Assembly (NCBI GenBank): GCA_045545475.1
Contig: JAZQAZ010000044.1
Location: 19,467 to 83,466 of the forward strand
Direction: 5' to 3'
Source: Clostridia bacterium
GTDB lineage: Bacteria > Bacillota > Clostridia > CAKSNL01 > HGM11501
DNA length: 64,000 nt
A program made the translations under genes and the position numbers. Numbering within the stretch: position 1 is the first letter of the stretch; each line of letters starts with the position of its first letter. Shown here one piece after another: positions 18,901 through 28,949 of the stretch. The notes beneath the pieces were generated by a model. That model had not been told where the DNA came from and did not search any database. It was given only the letters and a program-made list of their open reading frames with translations.

Positions 18901-20206
18901 ATATGTTATTAAATACAACCGTAAACTCAGTTCCTTCTCCCAGCACGCTCTCAACAGTTATATCCGCCTTATTTATAAGTGCGATATGTTTTACTATAGA
19001 AAGTCCAAGTCCGGTTCCGTTAACTGTTTTTGAGTGGCTCTTGTCCACCCTGAAAAATCTTTCAAATATGCGGTTTATATCTTCTTTCGGAATCCCTATT
19101 CCCGTATCCTTTACGCTGATTTTGTTGCCTTCCACATTAACTCTTACGCTTCCGTTTTCCTTGTTGTACTTTATTGCATTTTCACAAAGATTATATATAA
19201 GCTCAACAATCTGATTGTAATTTGCCTCGATAAAAAAGCTTTTGCCGATGACGTTAAAATCAATATCCCGCTCATCTGCCAGGGACTTAAGCTTATCTTT
19301 AACCTCAAGTGCAATTTCTTTCAAATCAATACGTTCTTTGTCCGTGAGTTGCTGGCCTTCATCAAGTCTCGAAAGCTTTGTTATATCATCGGTAAGAGTT
19401 ATCAGACGCTTCGTTTCCTTTTCAATCTTTTTTGTAAATTCAGGAATATCCTCTTTTTTAGCCATGCCACTATTTATGAGCTGTGCATAACCATGTATGG
19501 TTGTAAGAGGAGTTTTAAGTTCATGCGATACATTTGACGAAAACTCCCTCCTTATTTTCTCTGTTTCAGACAGAGTTTTCATCTGCTCTTTAATCTTCTT
19601 ATTTTGGTCGGTAATACGCTTGACAAAGGGCTTTATCTCCTCATATACACTGTCACAATCCCCATCAAACGGATTTATTTCCTCAATGGGTTTCACGATA
19701 TTTTCAGTAAGCTTTACTGAAATGATGCTGGAAAGAGCGTATATTAGCAAAGCAATGAGAAGTGTCGGAATAATTACCCCCGCAAAGGCAGTATGTGTTA
19801 TGTAGCTTTTAGCAGTAACCGCAATTACCGCCCCTGAATCCATACGTTCAAAATATGTATATCTGCTGTTTGACTCAAAAAACGAATATTCGTTTTTTGA
19901 TGAAGCACCTTCATTACATGCTTTTGTTACAAGACCTATATGGCCTGAAACCGGCTTGATTTCCGGGTTTCCGAAGGTTTCTGATACTCTTCCGTTTTCG
20001 TCATAAACCGTTATATTTTTTTCGGAAAAAAAGCTATCTTTATCGATAGCTTCATAATTTTCCTTTATATATTTTGATAAGTCCATTACTTCAGATTCAA
20101 GTCTTCTTCCGGCTATTCCGCTACAGGCAAAATAAACCGTCAATGCTGTAAGTGCAAGCGTAAACACCGTTATGAAGCTCATATATCTGTAAATTTTTTT
20201 ATACAT
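18899..20206 (-). CDS. sensor histidine kinase (PhoR-like)
   Basis: Two TM helices; H-box VSHELKTPLT, NAIKYN, DTGIG, RFFRVDKS, GTGLGL. Confidence 0.92.
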   Translation of the reverse strand: MYKKIYRYMSFITVFTLALTALTVYFACSGIAGRRLESEVMDLSKYIKENYEAIDKDSFFSEKNITVYDENGRVSETFGNPEIKPVSGHIGLVTKACNEGASSKNEYSFFESNSRYTYFERMDSGAVIAVTAKSYITHTAFAGVIIPTLLIALLIYALSSIISVKLTENIVKPIEEINPFDGDCDSVYEEIKPFVKRITDQNKKIKEQMKTLSETEKIRREFSSNVSHELKTPLTTIHGYAQLINSGMAKKEDIPEFTKKIEKETKRLITLTDDITKLSRLDEGQQLTDKERIDLKEIALEVKDKLKSLADERDIDFNVIGKSFFIEANYNQIVELIYNLCENAIKYNKENGSVRVNVEGNKISVKDTGIGIPKEDINRIFERFFRVDKSHSKTVNGTGLGLSIVKHIALINKADITVESVLGEGTEFTVVFNNI

Positions 20207-20209
20207 ATC

Positions 20210-20869
20210 TTACCCCAGCTTATATCCTACATTACGGACAGTTTCAATATATTCTCCCGCAACTCCCAGCTTTTTCCTCAATGTTCTCACATGCACATCC
20301 AATGTGCGGGATTCGCCTTCAAAATCAGTTCCCCAGACATGGTTCAACAGCTTTTCTCTGCTTACCACAGTTCCTTTGTGGGAAAGCATATAATTCAGCA
20401 TTTCAAACTCTTTATAGGTAAGAGCGATATTTTCGCCGGATACAGTAACCCTTCTTTCTTCGTAATTAAGCGAAAGCTCCTTATATCCGTCACCGCTTTC
20501 GGAAGAATGACTTCTTCTCAAAACGGCGCGGATTCTCGACACCAACTCAAGCACATCAAAGGGTTTTGTTATATAGTCATCTGCTCCGGCATCAAGTCCC
20601 TTTACCTTATCCATCCGGTCAGACTTTGCTGTCAGCATAATTACAGGTAACGAATTATCATTTTTTCTTACTGCCTTAAGTATTTCCATTCCGTCAGTTC
20701 CCGGCAGCATTATATCAAGCAGAACAAGATCAGGCTTTTTTTCTGCCATAGCGGCAAAAAAACTTTCAGCATCTTCAAAAGCTTCTGTCTCAAAACCTAC
20801 AGAGTTAAGTGTATAGCCGATAAGCTCCCGAATCCCGGAATCATCCTCGACGCAATAAATCAAGCTCAT
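20210..20869 (-). CDS. OmpR/PhoB family response regulator
   Basis: VEDD, LLDIMLP, LTAK, ADDYITKPF, and winged helix RTLDVHVRTLRKKL. Confidence 0.93.
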   Translation of the reverse strand: MSLIYCVEDDSGIRELIGYTLNSVGFETEAFEDAESFFAAMAEKKPDLVLLDIMLPGTDGMEILKAVRKNDNSLPVIMLTAKSDRMDKVKGLDAGADDYITKPFDVLELVSRIRAVLRRSHSSESGDGYKELSLNYEERRVTVSGENIALTYKEFEMLNYMLSHKGTVVSREKLLNHVWGTDFEGESRTLDVHVRTLRKKLGVAGEYIETVRNVGYKLG

Positions 20870-20883
20870 ACTTACGCCCCTTA

Positions 20884-22650
20884 TCAAAGAGAGTATTTAG
20901 CTTTATACTGGTCGTAAAGCTCGAAAAATTCGTTTTCTCCGTCTTCCTTAACGTGGCTTAAATACTCATGTGTATCCAATGCACCTTGTGCAATTTCAAG
21001 AAGACATACCGCAATATTTGAACAATGGTCTGCCACACGCTCAAAGTTTGTAAGAAGGTCTGATAACACAAATCCGTATTCCATTGTGCAGTTTCCCTCT
21101 TTAAGTCTCTTGATGTGATTATTCTTAATTTGACGTTTAAGCTTGTCAATAACCTGCTCCAGCGGTTCAACTTTTTTCGCAATTTCAAGGTTATTATCCA
21201 TAAGAGCGTGTACAGCCAGGAGAAGAACCTCACGTGTTGCCGCAGAAATTATCTCAATATCGTGCTTTGCATCAGCTGAAAATTCTATGCCTTTTTCATT
21301 TATTTCCTCAGCTGCTTCGCATATATTTACCGCATGGTCAGAAATTCTTTCAATATCGCCGACACAGTGAAGAAGGCTTGTAACCTCACGGCTGTCCTTC
21401 GAAGATAAATCCTGACCGGATACTTTAACAAGATAGGAGCTTATCTTATCTTCGTAACGGTCAACTTCTCCTTCTTCCTTCCCTACTCTTTCAGCCACAG
21501 TCTTATCATATTTTTCAATAAGTTCTGCCGCACTCTCAAAAGAACGCTGAGCAATAAGTGCCATATCGCAAACCAGATGACGGCTTGTGTCTATAGCGAA
21601 TGACGGAATAGATATAAAGCGTTCATCAAGTGCAGAAAATGCATCATTCTTTTCTTCTTCCTTCTGATTTTTCTTTCCACCTATAACCTTAACAGAAATT
21701 TTCTCGATAAATCCGCAGAAAGGTATAAGTACTACGGTTGTGAGTATGTTGAATGCGGTATGAACAAATGCAATCCAGAAAGGATCAATTATCGCTTCCA
21801 TAAATGCAAAGTTCACAAATGCATGAAGGATGTAAAATACAGGTGTAACAATTACAACTCCCAGCATTTTTATAAGGAGACATGCAAAAGCAACTCTCTT
21901 TGAATCTCTGTTTCCGCTGATGGAAGATAATATAGGAGTTATCGTAGTACCGATATTCTGTCCCATAATAATCGGAATCGCTGTAGCGAAATTGATTGCT
22001 CCTGTCATGGAAAGAGCCTGAAGAATACCAACAGAGGCCGAAGACGACTGGAGTACTGCAGTAAGAATTGTTCCCACCAATATACCCATTATGGGGTTTT
22101 CAAACATAACAAGCATTTCTTTAAACCACGCCGCATCCTTAAGTCCCGATACTGCATCACTCATAGATTCCATACCAAACATCAGTACAGCAAAGCCAAG
22201 CAAAATAAGAGCTATGTTTTTTTTCTTGTCGGACTTGCTGAACATCGTTATCGCAACGCCTATTACCGCAAGTATGGGAGTAAATGATGACGGTTTAAAA
22301 AGGTCAAGCCACCAAATTCCTCCGCCGTCAATCGCAGATGTACTGAGTAACCATGCGGTAACCGTTGTTCCCACATTCGCACCCATTATGATGCTTATCG
22401 TCTGTCCAAGCTTCATTATTCCCGAGTTTACAAAACCCACCAACATAACTGTTGTAGCAGAAGATGACTGGATAATTGCGGTTACTCCGAAACCAAGCAA
22501 AAAACCTTTGAAACGATTTGATGTAAGTTTCGCAAGAATTGACTCAAGCTTTCCCCCTGCCAGCTTTTTAAGTCCGTCACCCATAACATCCATTCCGTAA
22601 AGGAATAGTGCCAGACCGCCAACTAATGTGAGTATTTCAAAAATCCCCAT
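20884..22650 (-). CDS. Na/Pi cotransporter with PhoU-like C-terminal domains
   Basis: QSSS repeated twice, GANVGTT/GQNIGTT, ERISDH/ERVADH. Start at ATG 22650 behind AAAGGAG. Confidence 0.92.
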   Translation of the reverse strand: MGIFEILTLVGGLALFLYGMDVMGDGLKKLAGGKLESILAKLTSNRFKGFLLGFGVTAIIQSSSATTVMLVGFVNSGIMKLGQTISIIMGANVGTTVTAWLLSTSAIDGGGIWWLDLFKPSSFTPILAVIGVAITMFSKSDKKKNIALILLGFAVLMFGMESMSDAVSGLKDAAWFKEMLVMFENPIMGILVGTILTAVLQSSSASVGILQALSMTGAINFATAIPIIMGQNIGTTITPILSSISGNRDSKRVAFACLLIKMLGVVIVTPVFYILHAFVNFAFMEAIIDPFWIAFVHTAFNILTTVVLIPFCGFIEKISVKVIGGKKNQKEEEKNDAFSALDERFISIPSFAIDTSRHLVCDMALIAQRSFESAAELIEKYDKTVAERVGKEEGEVDRYEDKISSYLVKVSGQDLSSKDSREVTSLLHCVGDIERISDHAVNICEAAEEINEKGIEFSADAKHDIEIISAATREVLLLAVHALMDNNLEIAKKVEPLEQVIDKLKRQIKNNHIKRLKEGNCTMEYGFVLSDLLTNFERVADHCSNIAVCLLEIAQGALDTHEYLSHVKEDGENEFFELYDQYKAKYSL

Positions 22651-22703
22651 AATTACTTCTCCTTTTCTGTAAAGTATAATATTCCTATTATGATGATACC
22701 TCA

Positions 22704-22750
22704 GAAATGTAAAATTCACAATCTCTGAAATGTAAAATTTATGTTAAATT
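22704..22750 (-). promoter_or_regulatory. Pho-box-like direct repeats
   Basis: Minus-strand TTAACA, TTTACA, TTTACA at 22742-22747, 22731-22736 and 22708-22713. Confidence 0.55.
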
Positions 22751-23895
22751 CCAAGTTCTTTCATAAGGCCAAGAACTTCTTCTTTTTTCGACGCTCTTAA
22801 AGACATATTGGCCTTTATTTCAATTTTTACCCTTTCACGCTTCTCTTTATTGAAAATTTTCATCCAACGCTTAATCATACAATACGGTATGAGCACGGGA
22901 TATTTTTTTATTTCCGGGTAAAAAAACATCAATGTGTGCTTTTTAATAAAAATCCTGCTTAATATATACTTTAATTTTCCAAATTTTCCGTGTTGTCTTA
23001 CAGCTATATGCTGTTCCACATTCCCGTAGACTCCGCCTTCAACAGCAAATGCTCCGGCTCTTTTTGTAAGTTCATCAACATCCTTGCCGTAAAACCACAT
23101 AGATACTATATTATCAGAAATTTTTCTAAATTGTACCAGTCCTCCGTCTTCCAATAATCTGCAAAGCTTATTTTCATCATACATTACATTATTATTTATA
23201 AGCCATAAATCTATATAATACCTTACTCCGCATCCGCCATGAGCGAAATGCTTTGCCATATGGGATAAATGATAAAACACGAAAAGCTCATCAGACATTT
23301 CATAACAATACTTTTTTCCGTCAGAAAGCTTCGCTGTATTCCATACGCTGCTTAGAATTTCATCTGTTTTTTCATCTTCAGACAACCTGTAATGCATTTC
23401 TATATGCATTCCCGACTGAGTTCTGACTCCGATATCGTGTTTTCCCTTCTCTCCAATTGTATAACCCAGCTTTTCTGAAAACAACTTTGAAACCTCAGGG
23501 AGATCTTCTTCGTGCACAAGAATATCTATGTCGCTACTTGTACGCATCCAACTTTCAGGATAATATTCCTTTATAACGCTTCCTTTAAGAGGCATATATC
23601 TTATACCTGCTTCTTCCAGGAGTTCTGCAACCTTATTGAATTCACAATCCGTCAACTCTCGTCTGTAAACAGCAGTAACCAGTTGCTTATGAAACTTGCT
23701 CCGTACCAAATCAGAAAGTTCGACTCCTGACTTATCAAGCCCTAAAGCAATTATTGGCATTATATCATGCAATTTAGCTTTCGCATACAGAAATTTACTT
23801 TCCTCTTCGCTGAGGTGCTTATATTCTTCAGATAGTGCTTCTCCAAGAAAAACAAAACGAAGCAAAGCTAACATAGTTTCAGTTATTTTATCCAT
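22744..23895 (-). CDS. uncharacterised nucleotidyltransferase (NTP_transf_5-like)
   Basis: PLKG...YP...R.SSDIDILV, EMH, H..KH...GG.G.RYYID motifs. Confidence 0.8.
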   Translation of the reverse strand: MDKITETMLALLRFVFLGEALSEEYKHLSEEESKFLYAKAKLHDIMPIIALGLDKSGVELSDLVRSKFHKQLVTAVYRRELTDCEFNKVAELLEEAGIRYMPLKGSVIKEYYPESWMRTSSDIDILVHEEDLPEVSKLFSEKLGYTIGEKGKHDIGVRTQSGMHIEMHYRLSEDEKTDEILSSVWNTAKLSDGKKYCYEMSDELFVFYHLSHMAKHFAHGGCGVRYYIDLWLINNNVMYDENKLCRLLEDGGLVQFRKISDNIVSMWFYGKDVDELTKRAGAFAVEGGVYGNVEQHIAVRQHGKFGKLKYILSRIFIKKHTLMFFYPEIKKYPVLIPYCMIKRWMKIFNKEKRERVKIEIKANMSLRASKKEEVLGLMKELGI

Positions 23896-23919
23896 AAAGC
23901 TCTCCTCCGTTTCTTTTCA

Positions 23920-25107
23920 TTAATATTTTCTCCACACCATTTTATTTACAACGCCTGTATAGGACTGAATGATTTTTACAACCTTTGTTGACACGTTTTC
24001 CTCAATATATGTGGGAACGGGAATTCCGTCATCAGAATTTTTCGTCATGGAAATTGCAGTATCAACAGCTTGAAGAAGGCTTACTTCGTCAATTCCTGCA
24101 AGAATAAAGCATGCTTTATCAAGAGCCTCAGGACGCTCTGTGCTTGTTCTTATGCACACAGCGGGAAAGCTCTTTCCAAGGGATGTATAGAAGCTGGACT
24201 CCTCAGGAAGTGTTCCGGAGTCTGACACCACGCAAAATGCATTCATCTGAAGGTTGTTATAATCGTGGAAGCCCAAAGGCTCATGCATTATAACACGGCT
24301 GTCAAGCTTAAAGCCTGTCGCCTCTAATCTTTTCTTGCTTCTGGGATGGCAGGAATAAAGGATGGGCATATCATACTTTTCCGCCATTTTGTTTATCGCT
24401 GTAAAGAGGCTTAAGAAATTCTTTTCTGTATCAATGTTTTCCTCTCTGTGAGCAGAAAGTAACATATATTTTTTCTTTTCAAGGCCTAATCTTTCAAGAA
24501 CATCGCTCTTTTCGATGTCGGAAAGATTGTTTCTTAATACCTCAGCCATAGGAGACCCTGTAACGTATGTTCTTTCTTTAGGAAGACCGCACTCATGTAA
24601 GTATCTTCTTGCATGCTCCGAATAAGCCAGGTTTACATCGGATATTATATCCACAATTCGTCTGTTTGTTTCCTCGGGCAAGCACTCGTCCTTACAGCGG
24701 TTTCCTGCTTCCATATGGAAAATCGGAATATGCAGTCTCTTTGCAGCGATTGCAGAAAGGCAGGAATTTGTATCGCCTAAAATGAGAAGTGCATCGGGCT
24801 TTATTTCGTTCATCAGCTTGTAGGAGCAGTTGATGATATTTCCCACGGTTGCACCTAAATCGTCGCCAACCGCATCCATATAAACTTCGGGCTCATCAAG
24901 CTTCAGATCCCGAAAGAACACACCGTTTAAGTTGTAGTCATAGTTTTGTCCGGTATGTGCAAGCACAACATCAAAATACTTACGGCACTTATCTATTACC
25001 GCAGCAAGGCGGATAATTTCGGGGCGTGTTCCTACAATTATTAAAAGCTTTAGTTTTCCGTTGTCTTTGAATTTTACATCAGAATAGTCAAGTTTAATAT
25101 CCATCAT
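23920..25107 (-). CDS. fnlC: UDP-L-FucNAc pathway 2-epimerase (FnlC/Cap5G)
   Basis: GTRPEIIR, HTGQNYD, HMEAGNR, PEETNR, SDSGT; follows fnlA-fnlB. Confidence 0.88.
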   Translation of the reverse strand: MMDIKLDYSDVKFKDNGKLKLLIIVGTRPEIIRLAAVIDKCRKYFDVVLAHTGQNYDYNLNGVFFRDLKLDEPEVYMDAVGDDLGATVGNIINCSYKLMNEIKPDALLILGDTNSCLSAIAAKRLHIPIFHMEAGNRCKDECLPEETNRRIVDIISDVNLAYSEHARRYLHECGLPKERTYVTGSPMAEVLRNNLSDIEKSDVLERLGLEKKKYMLLSAHREENIDTEKNFLSLFTAINKMAEKYDMPILYSCHPRSKKRLEATGFKLDSRVIMHEPLGFHDYNNLQMNAFCVVSDSGTLPEESSFYTSLGKSFPAVCIRTSTERPEALDKACFILAGIDEVSLLQAVDTAISMTKNSDDGIPVPTYIEENVSTKVVKIIQSYTGVVNKMVWRKY

Positions 25108-26255
25108 TTTACCACCTCAAAAAATGTATCGGGCTTTTCGGGATTAAATTTTTCATTTGCCCACATGACCGTCACAAGGTCTTCCGTATCGCTTAAGTTT
25201 ATAATATTGTGGGTATAGCCGGGGAGCATATGCACAGCTTCAATTTTTTCGCCTGAAACATAAAACTCCATCACTTCATCTGTGCCTATTTTTCTCATTT
25301 GAATAAGACCCTTGCCTGACACAACAATGAAAAATTCCCATTTGGTATTGTGCCAGTGCTGTCCCTTTGTAATTCCGGGCTTTGATATATTTACAGACAC
25401 CTGCCCTACCTTATCACTTCGAAGAATTTCAGTAAAGCTGCCTCTTGAATCCACATTCATTTTCAATGGGAAAGCTACCTTTTCTTTCGGCAGATACGAA
25501 AGATATGTTGAGTAAAGCTTTTTCGCAAAGGAACCGTCGGGAATTTCCGGCACAACCAGAGTTTCACTCTGGCGACGGAAGGTATATAAAAGTTCCGTTA
25601 TTTCGCCAAGGGTAATTCTATGCTCGGCTGAAACCTTGCAATACTCCCCTTCTCTGTTTTCCTTGCCCGAAAGAGCCTTTATAAGTTCATCCACAATGTC
25701 GTCTATGTAGACGAGAGTCATCATATGCGACGGGTCATTTACCGTAATTGGTAAATCGTTTGCTATATTATTGCAAAATGTTGCAACTGCACTGTTATAA
25801 TTAGGCCTGCACCACTTTCCGAAAACGTTGGGAAAACGGTAAACAAGGGTTTTTACTCCGTTTTCTTTTCCGTAAGCAAAAATAAGGTCCTCCCCCGCTT
25901 TTTTGCTGATTCCGTAAGGATTGGTAAGTGCCGCCTGGATGGAAGATGATACCATAACAGGTGCTTTATTTTCATATTTTTTCAAGGTTTCAAGAAGTTT
26001 TTCTGCGAAGCCGAAATTTCCCTTCATAAAGTCTTCTTCTTTTTCAGGGCGGTTAACTCCTGCAAGATTAAATACAAAATCCGCATTTTGGCACGCTTCC
26101 TCGAGCACCGCTTCATCCGTATCTATATCATAGCAGTAAATTTCTGAAACGATTAAATCTCCGTGAGTTTTATCCCTTCCGTCACGGATATTTTTAAGGG
26201 CTTCAACCAGGTTTTTGCCCACAAAACCGCCTGAACCTGTTACAAGTATTTTCAT
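25104..26255 (-). CDS. fnlB: UDP-L-FucNAc pathway reductase with cupin domain (FnlB/Cap5F)
   Basis: GSGGFVG, LAGVNRP, YGISK, NVFGKWCRPNYNS, KGQHWH. Confidence 0.9.
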   Translation of the reverse strand: MKILVTGSGGFVGKNLVEALKNIRDGRDKTHGDLIVSEIYCYDIDTDEAVLEEACQNADFVFNLAGVNRPEKEEDFMKGNFGFAEKLLETLKKYENKAPVMVSSSIQAALTNPYGISKKAGEDLIFAYGKENGVKTLVYRFPNVFGKWCRPNYNSAVATFCNNIANDLPITVNDPSHMMTLVYIDDIVDELIKALSGKENREGEYCKVSAEHRITLGEITELLYTFRRQSETLVVPEIPDGSFAKKLYSTYLSYLPKEKVAFPLKMNVDSRGSFTEILRSDKVGQVSVNISKPGITKGQHWHNTKWEFFIVVSGKGLIQMRKIGTDEVMEFYVSGEKIEAVHMLPGYTHNIINLSDTEDLVTVMWANEKFNPEKPDTFFEVVK

Positions 26256-26274
26256 TTTCCCATCTTCTTTCCTA

Positions 26275-27324
26275 TCAGTATTTAATTCCTCTCTTATCAA
26301 GCTCTTCTCTTATGTAAGATAAAGTAAGAAGCTTTGCTTTAACTTCCTCCACACCCCAGAGAGCTGTATTGTTGGAATTAAATTCGGTAAGGTGATTGCG
26401 CTCAGCATCGCCGTCCTTAAAGTATTTATCATAGTTAAGTCCGCGGTTATCCGAGGGCACTCTGTAAAATTCGCCCATATCGATGGCGTTTGCACATTCT
26501 TCGTTGGTAAGAAGAGTTTCGTAAAGCTTTTCGCCGTGGCGGATTCCGATGATTTTAATTTCAGCATCGGGATTGAAAAGCTCACATACTGCCTTTGCAA
26601 GGGTTTCGATTGTGCAGGCAGGTGCTTTCTGAACCAGGATATCTCCCGATACGCCGTTTTCAAAGGCGAATAATACGAGGTCAACTGCTTCGTCAAGACT
26701 CATAACAAATCTTGTCATGGAGGGTTCTGTTATAGTAATTGCCTGTCCGGCCGAAATTTGGTCAATCCAGAGCGGCACAACACTACCTCTTGAGCAAAGC
26801 ACATTTCCGTAACGTGTGCAGCAGATTTTTGTCTTATCTGCACTTACTGTACGGCTTTTTGCAACAACAACCTTTTCCATCATTGCCTTACTTGTACCCA
26901 TAGCGTTTACCGGGTATGCTGCCTTGTCGGTTGAAAGGCAGACGATGTTTTTAACGCCGGCTTCAATGGCTGCAGTTAATACATTATCCGTTCCGAGCAC
27001 GTTTGTTTTTACTGCTTCAACCGGGAAAAACTCACAGGAAGGAACCTGCTTAAGTGCTGCTGCGTGGAAAATGTAATCAACGCCGTGCATTGCATTTTTA
27101 ACCGATGCAAGATCTCTTACATCTCCTATATAAAACTTTATTTTTTCCGCTACCTCAGGCATTTTAGCCTGAAATTCATGACGCATATCGTCCTGCTTTT
27201 TCTCATCTCTGGAAAAAATTCTTATCTCGCCTATATCGGTATTTAAAAATCTGTTCAATACCGCATTACCAAAGGAACCTGTTCCTCCTGTAATAAGCAA
27301 TGTTTTATCCTTAAAAAGTGACAT
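26275..27324 (-). CDS. fnlA: UDP-GlcNAc 4,6-dehydratase/5-epimerase (FnlA/Cap5E)
   Basis: TGGTGSFG, SRDEKKQ, AALKQVPSCEF, STDKA, RYGNV, GIRHGEK. Confidence 0.92.
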   Translation of the reverse strand: MSLFKDKTLLITGGTGSFGNAVLNRFLNTDIGEIRIFSRDEKKQDDMRHEFQAKMPEVAEKIKFYIGDVRDLASVKNAMHGVDYIFHAAALKQVPSCEFFPVEAVKTNVLGTDNVLTAAIEAGVKNIVCLSTDKAAYPVNAMGTSKAMMEKVVVAKSRTVSADKTKICCTRYGNVLCSRGSVVPLWIDQISAGQAITITEPSMTRFVMSLDEAVDLVLFAFENGVSGDILVQKAPACTIETLAKAVCELFNPDAEIKIIGIRHGEKLYETLLTNEECANAIDMGEFYRVPSDNRGLNYDKYFKDGDAERNHLTEFNSNNTALWGVEEVKAKLLTLSYIREELDKRGIKY

Positions 27325-27326
27325 GG

Positions 27327-27950
27327 TTACATCTCCTTTTCACATAATACACTTTCTATTTTCGCTTTTATCAGCATAAATGCTGCCTCATTCATTCCGC
27401 CGTTAACAATAATGTCGGCAAGTTTTTTAGTTGGCTCAACATATTTTTCATGCATTGGCTTTACCGTGGTTATATACTGCTCCATCACACTTTCAAAAGT
27501 TCTGCCACGCTCCTCGGTATCCCTCTTTGCACGCCTTAAAACTCGCTCGTCCGCATCCGAGTCAACATATATCTTAAGGTCAAAAAGATTTCTTAATTTT
27601 TCATTGTAAAACGTAAGTATTCCGTCAACAACCACTATTTTTGAGGGCACTACTTTTTTAGTTTCTTTTGCTCTTGTATGCTTTGCAAAATCGTATATAG
27701 GGCAAATTACCATTTTCCCTTCTTTAAGATCGGCAATATGCTCTGCCACAAGATTTAAGTCCATAGCCTCAGGTGCATCGTAATTGATTTTGCACCGCTC
27801 CTCATAGCTTATGTCGTCGTGGGGATAATAATAGTCGTCGCAGTTTATAAGGGTGCAGTCATTTTTGAAACAATCAAGAATTTTTTCCGCAAAGGTACTC
27901 TTCCCCGAGCCGCTTCCCCCTGCTATTCCTATAATAAAAGAGTTTTTCAT
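27327..27950 (-). CDS. udk: uridine/cytidine kinase
   Basis: GIAGGSGSGKST, DDYY, PIYDFAKHTR, RD.EERGR, VKPMH. Confidence 0.9.
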   Translation of the reverse strand: MKNSFIIGIAGGSGSGKSTFAEKILDCFKNDCTLINCDDYYYPHDDISYEERCKINYDAPEAMDLNLVAEHIADLKEGKMVICPIYDFAKHTRAKETKKVVPSKIVVVDGILTFYNEKLRNLFDLKIYVDSDADERVLRRAKRDTEERGRTFESVMEQYITTVKPMHEKYVEPTKKLADIIVNGGMNEAAFMLIKAKIESVLCEKEM

Positions 27951-27962
27951 TTTTGTTCTCCA

Positions 27963-28949
27963 TCAATCTTTGAACTGACTTTTCCAAGTCCTGATATTTT
28001 CTTCATTTATTTTTATATCAGTAGCAAATTCAGAATTTATTTTTTCTTCCAGTTTATCAGAGGCACGATCCAGTACATGCAGATTATAACTTTCTGCCAT
28101 ATCTCTTGCTCTGTTGTCCACGGAAAGAATAACCGTTCTCCTTTTATGCTGCATTGCATAAATTCCCGCATGGAGTCTTGTCCCTACAAAATCCACATCT
28201 TTTTCTGAAAGAAACTCAGAATACGCCTTAACCCCGGGCGATATAACTGTTATATTTTCAGTTTGACAAAATGTACCGAAATATTCCATATCCTTTGTTC
28301 CCTGAGGCCAGAAATATACCTTCTTATAGTTTTTAAGAAGCACCTCTATAAGCCTTTCGTCATGTTCCTTTTTAGCTGAGTAATCAGTAAGGGTTAAAAT
28401 TACTTCTTCCGCTTTTTTATTAGGAATTTTCGCACAATGCTCTTTTGTTAATCCCCAAATTGTGGGACAGCCTGTGTTTATAGCACTTCCTTCTCCTAAA
28501 ATGCTATCAACAATAAGTTTCGTTCTTTCATCTCTTACGCTATGCTTATATTCTTTTGATAAAATCTTGGAAAAAAGCAATTTAGAATAAAGAGAAACCT
28601 TATTACTTCCCTTTGGAAAAGCCGATGCCCCTACTCCTACAAGCACTGAATTTTTATAGCATCCGGAATTAAAAAAGTTTATATTAAAAAACGGCCACGG
28701 AATATACATACGATTATTAAGTAAATTTGTTCCGCATATAAATTTATAATCAGAATCATTAACAAAGTTGTATCTGGGGTTTCTTTTTACCTGCTGGCAA
28801 AATGTAAAGCATGGCGTATGTGTGGGAAATTTTGAAATATAGTTCCCGTCCAGAATATCCTTTGCATTTTTCTCAAACGATTCCATTATTATTCCGTCCC
28901 CGTGGTTAAGTGAGCCGACGGAAGTGTCAAAAAGCACTATTCTTTTCAT
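27963..28949 (-). CDS. polysaccharide pyruvyltransferase family protein
   Basis: NHGD, SVRD, GCP, GTRLHAGI, DNR motifs. Confidence 0.85.
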   Translation of the reverse strand: MKRIVLFDTSVGSLNHGDGIIMESFEKNAKDILDGNYISKFPTHTPCFTFCQQVKRNPRYNFVNDSDYKFICGTNLLNNRMYIPWPFFNINFFNSGCYKNSVLVGVGASAFPKGSNKVSLYSKLLFSKILSKEYKHSVRDERTKLIVDSILGEGSAINTGCPTIWGLTKEHCAKIPNKKAEEVILTLTDYSAKKEHDERLIEVLLKNYKKVYFWPQGTKDMEYFGTFCQTENITVISPGVKAYSEFLSEKDVDFVGTRLHAGIYAMQHKRRTVILSVDNRARDMAESYNLHVLDRASDKLEEKINSEFATDIKINEENIRTWKSQFKD

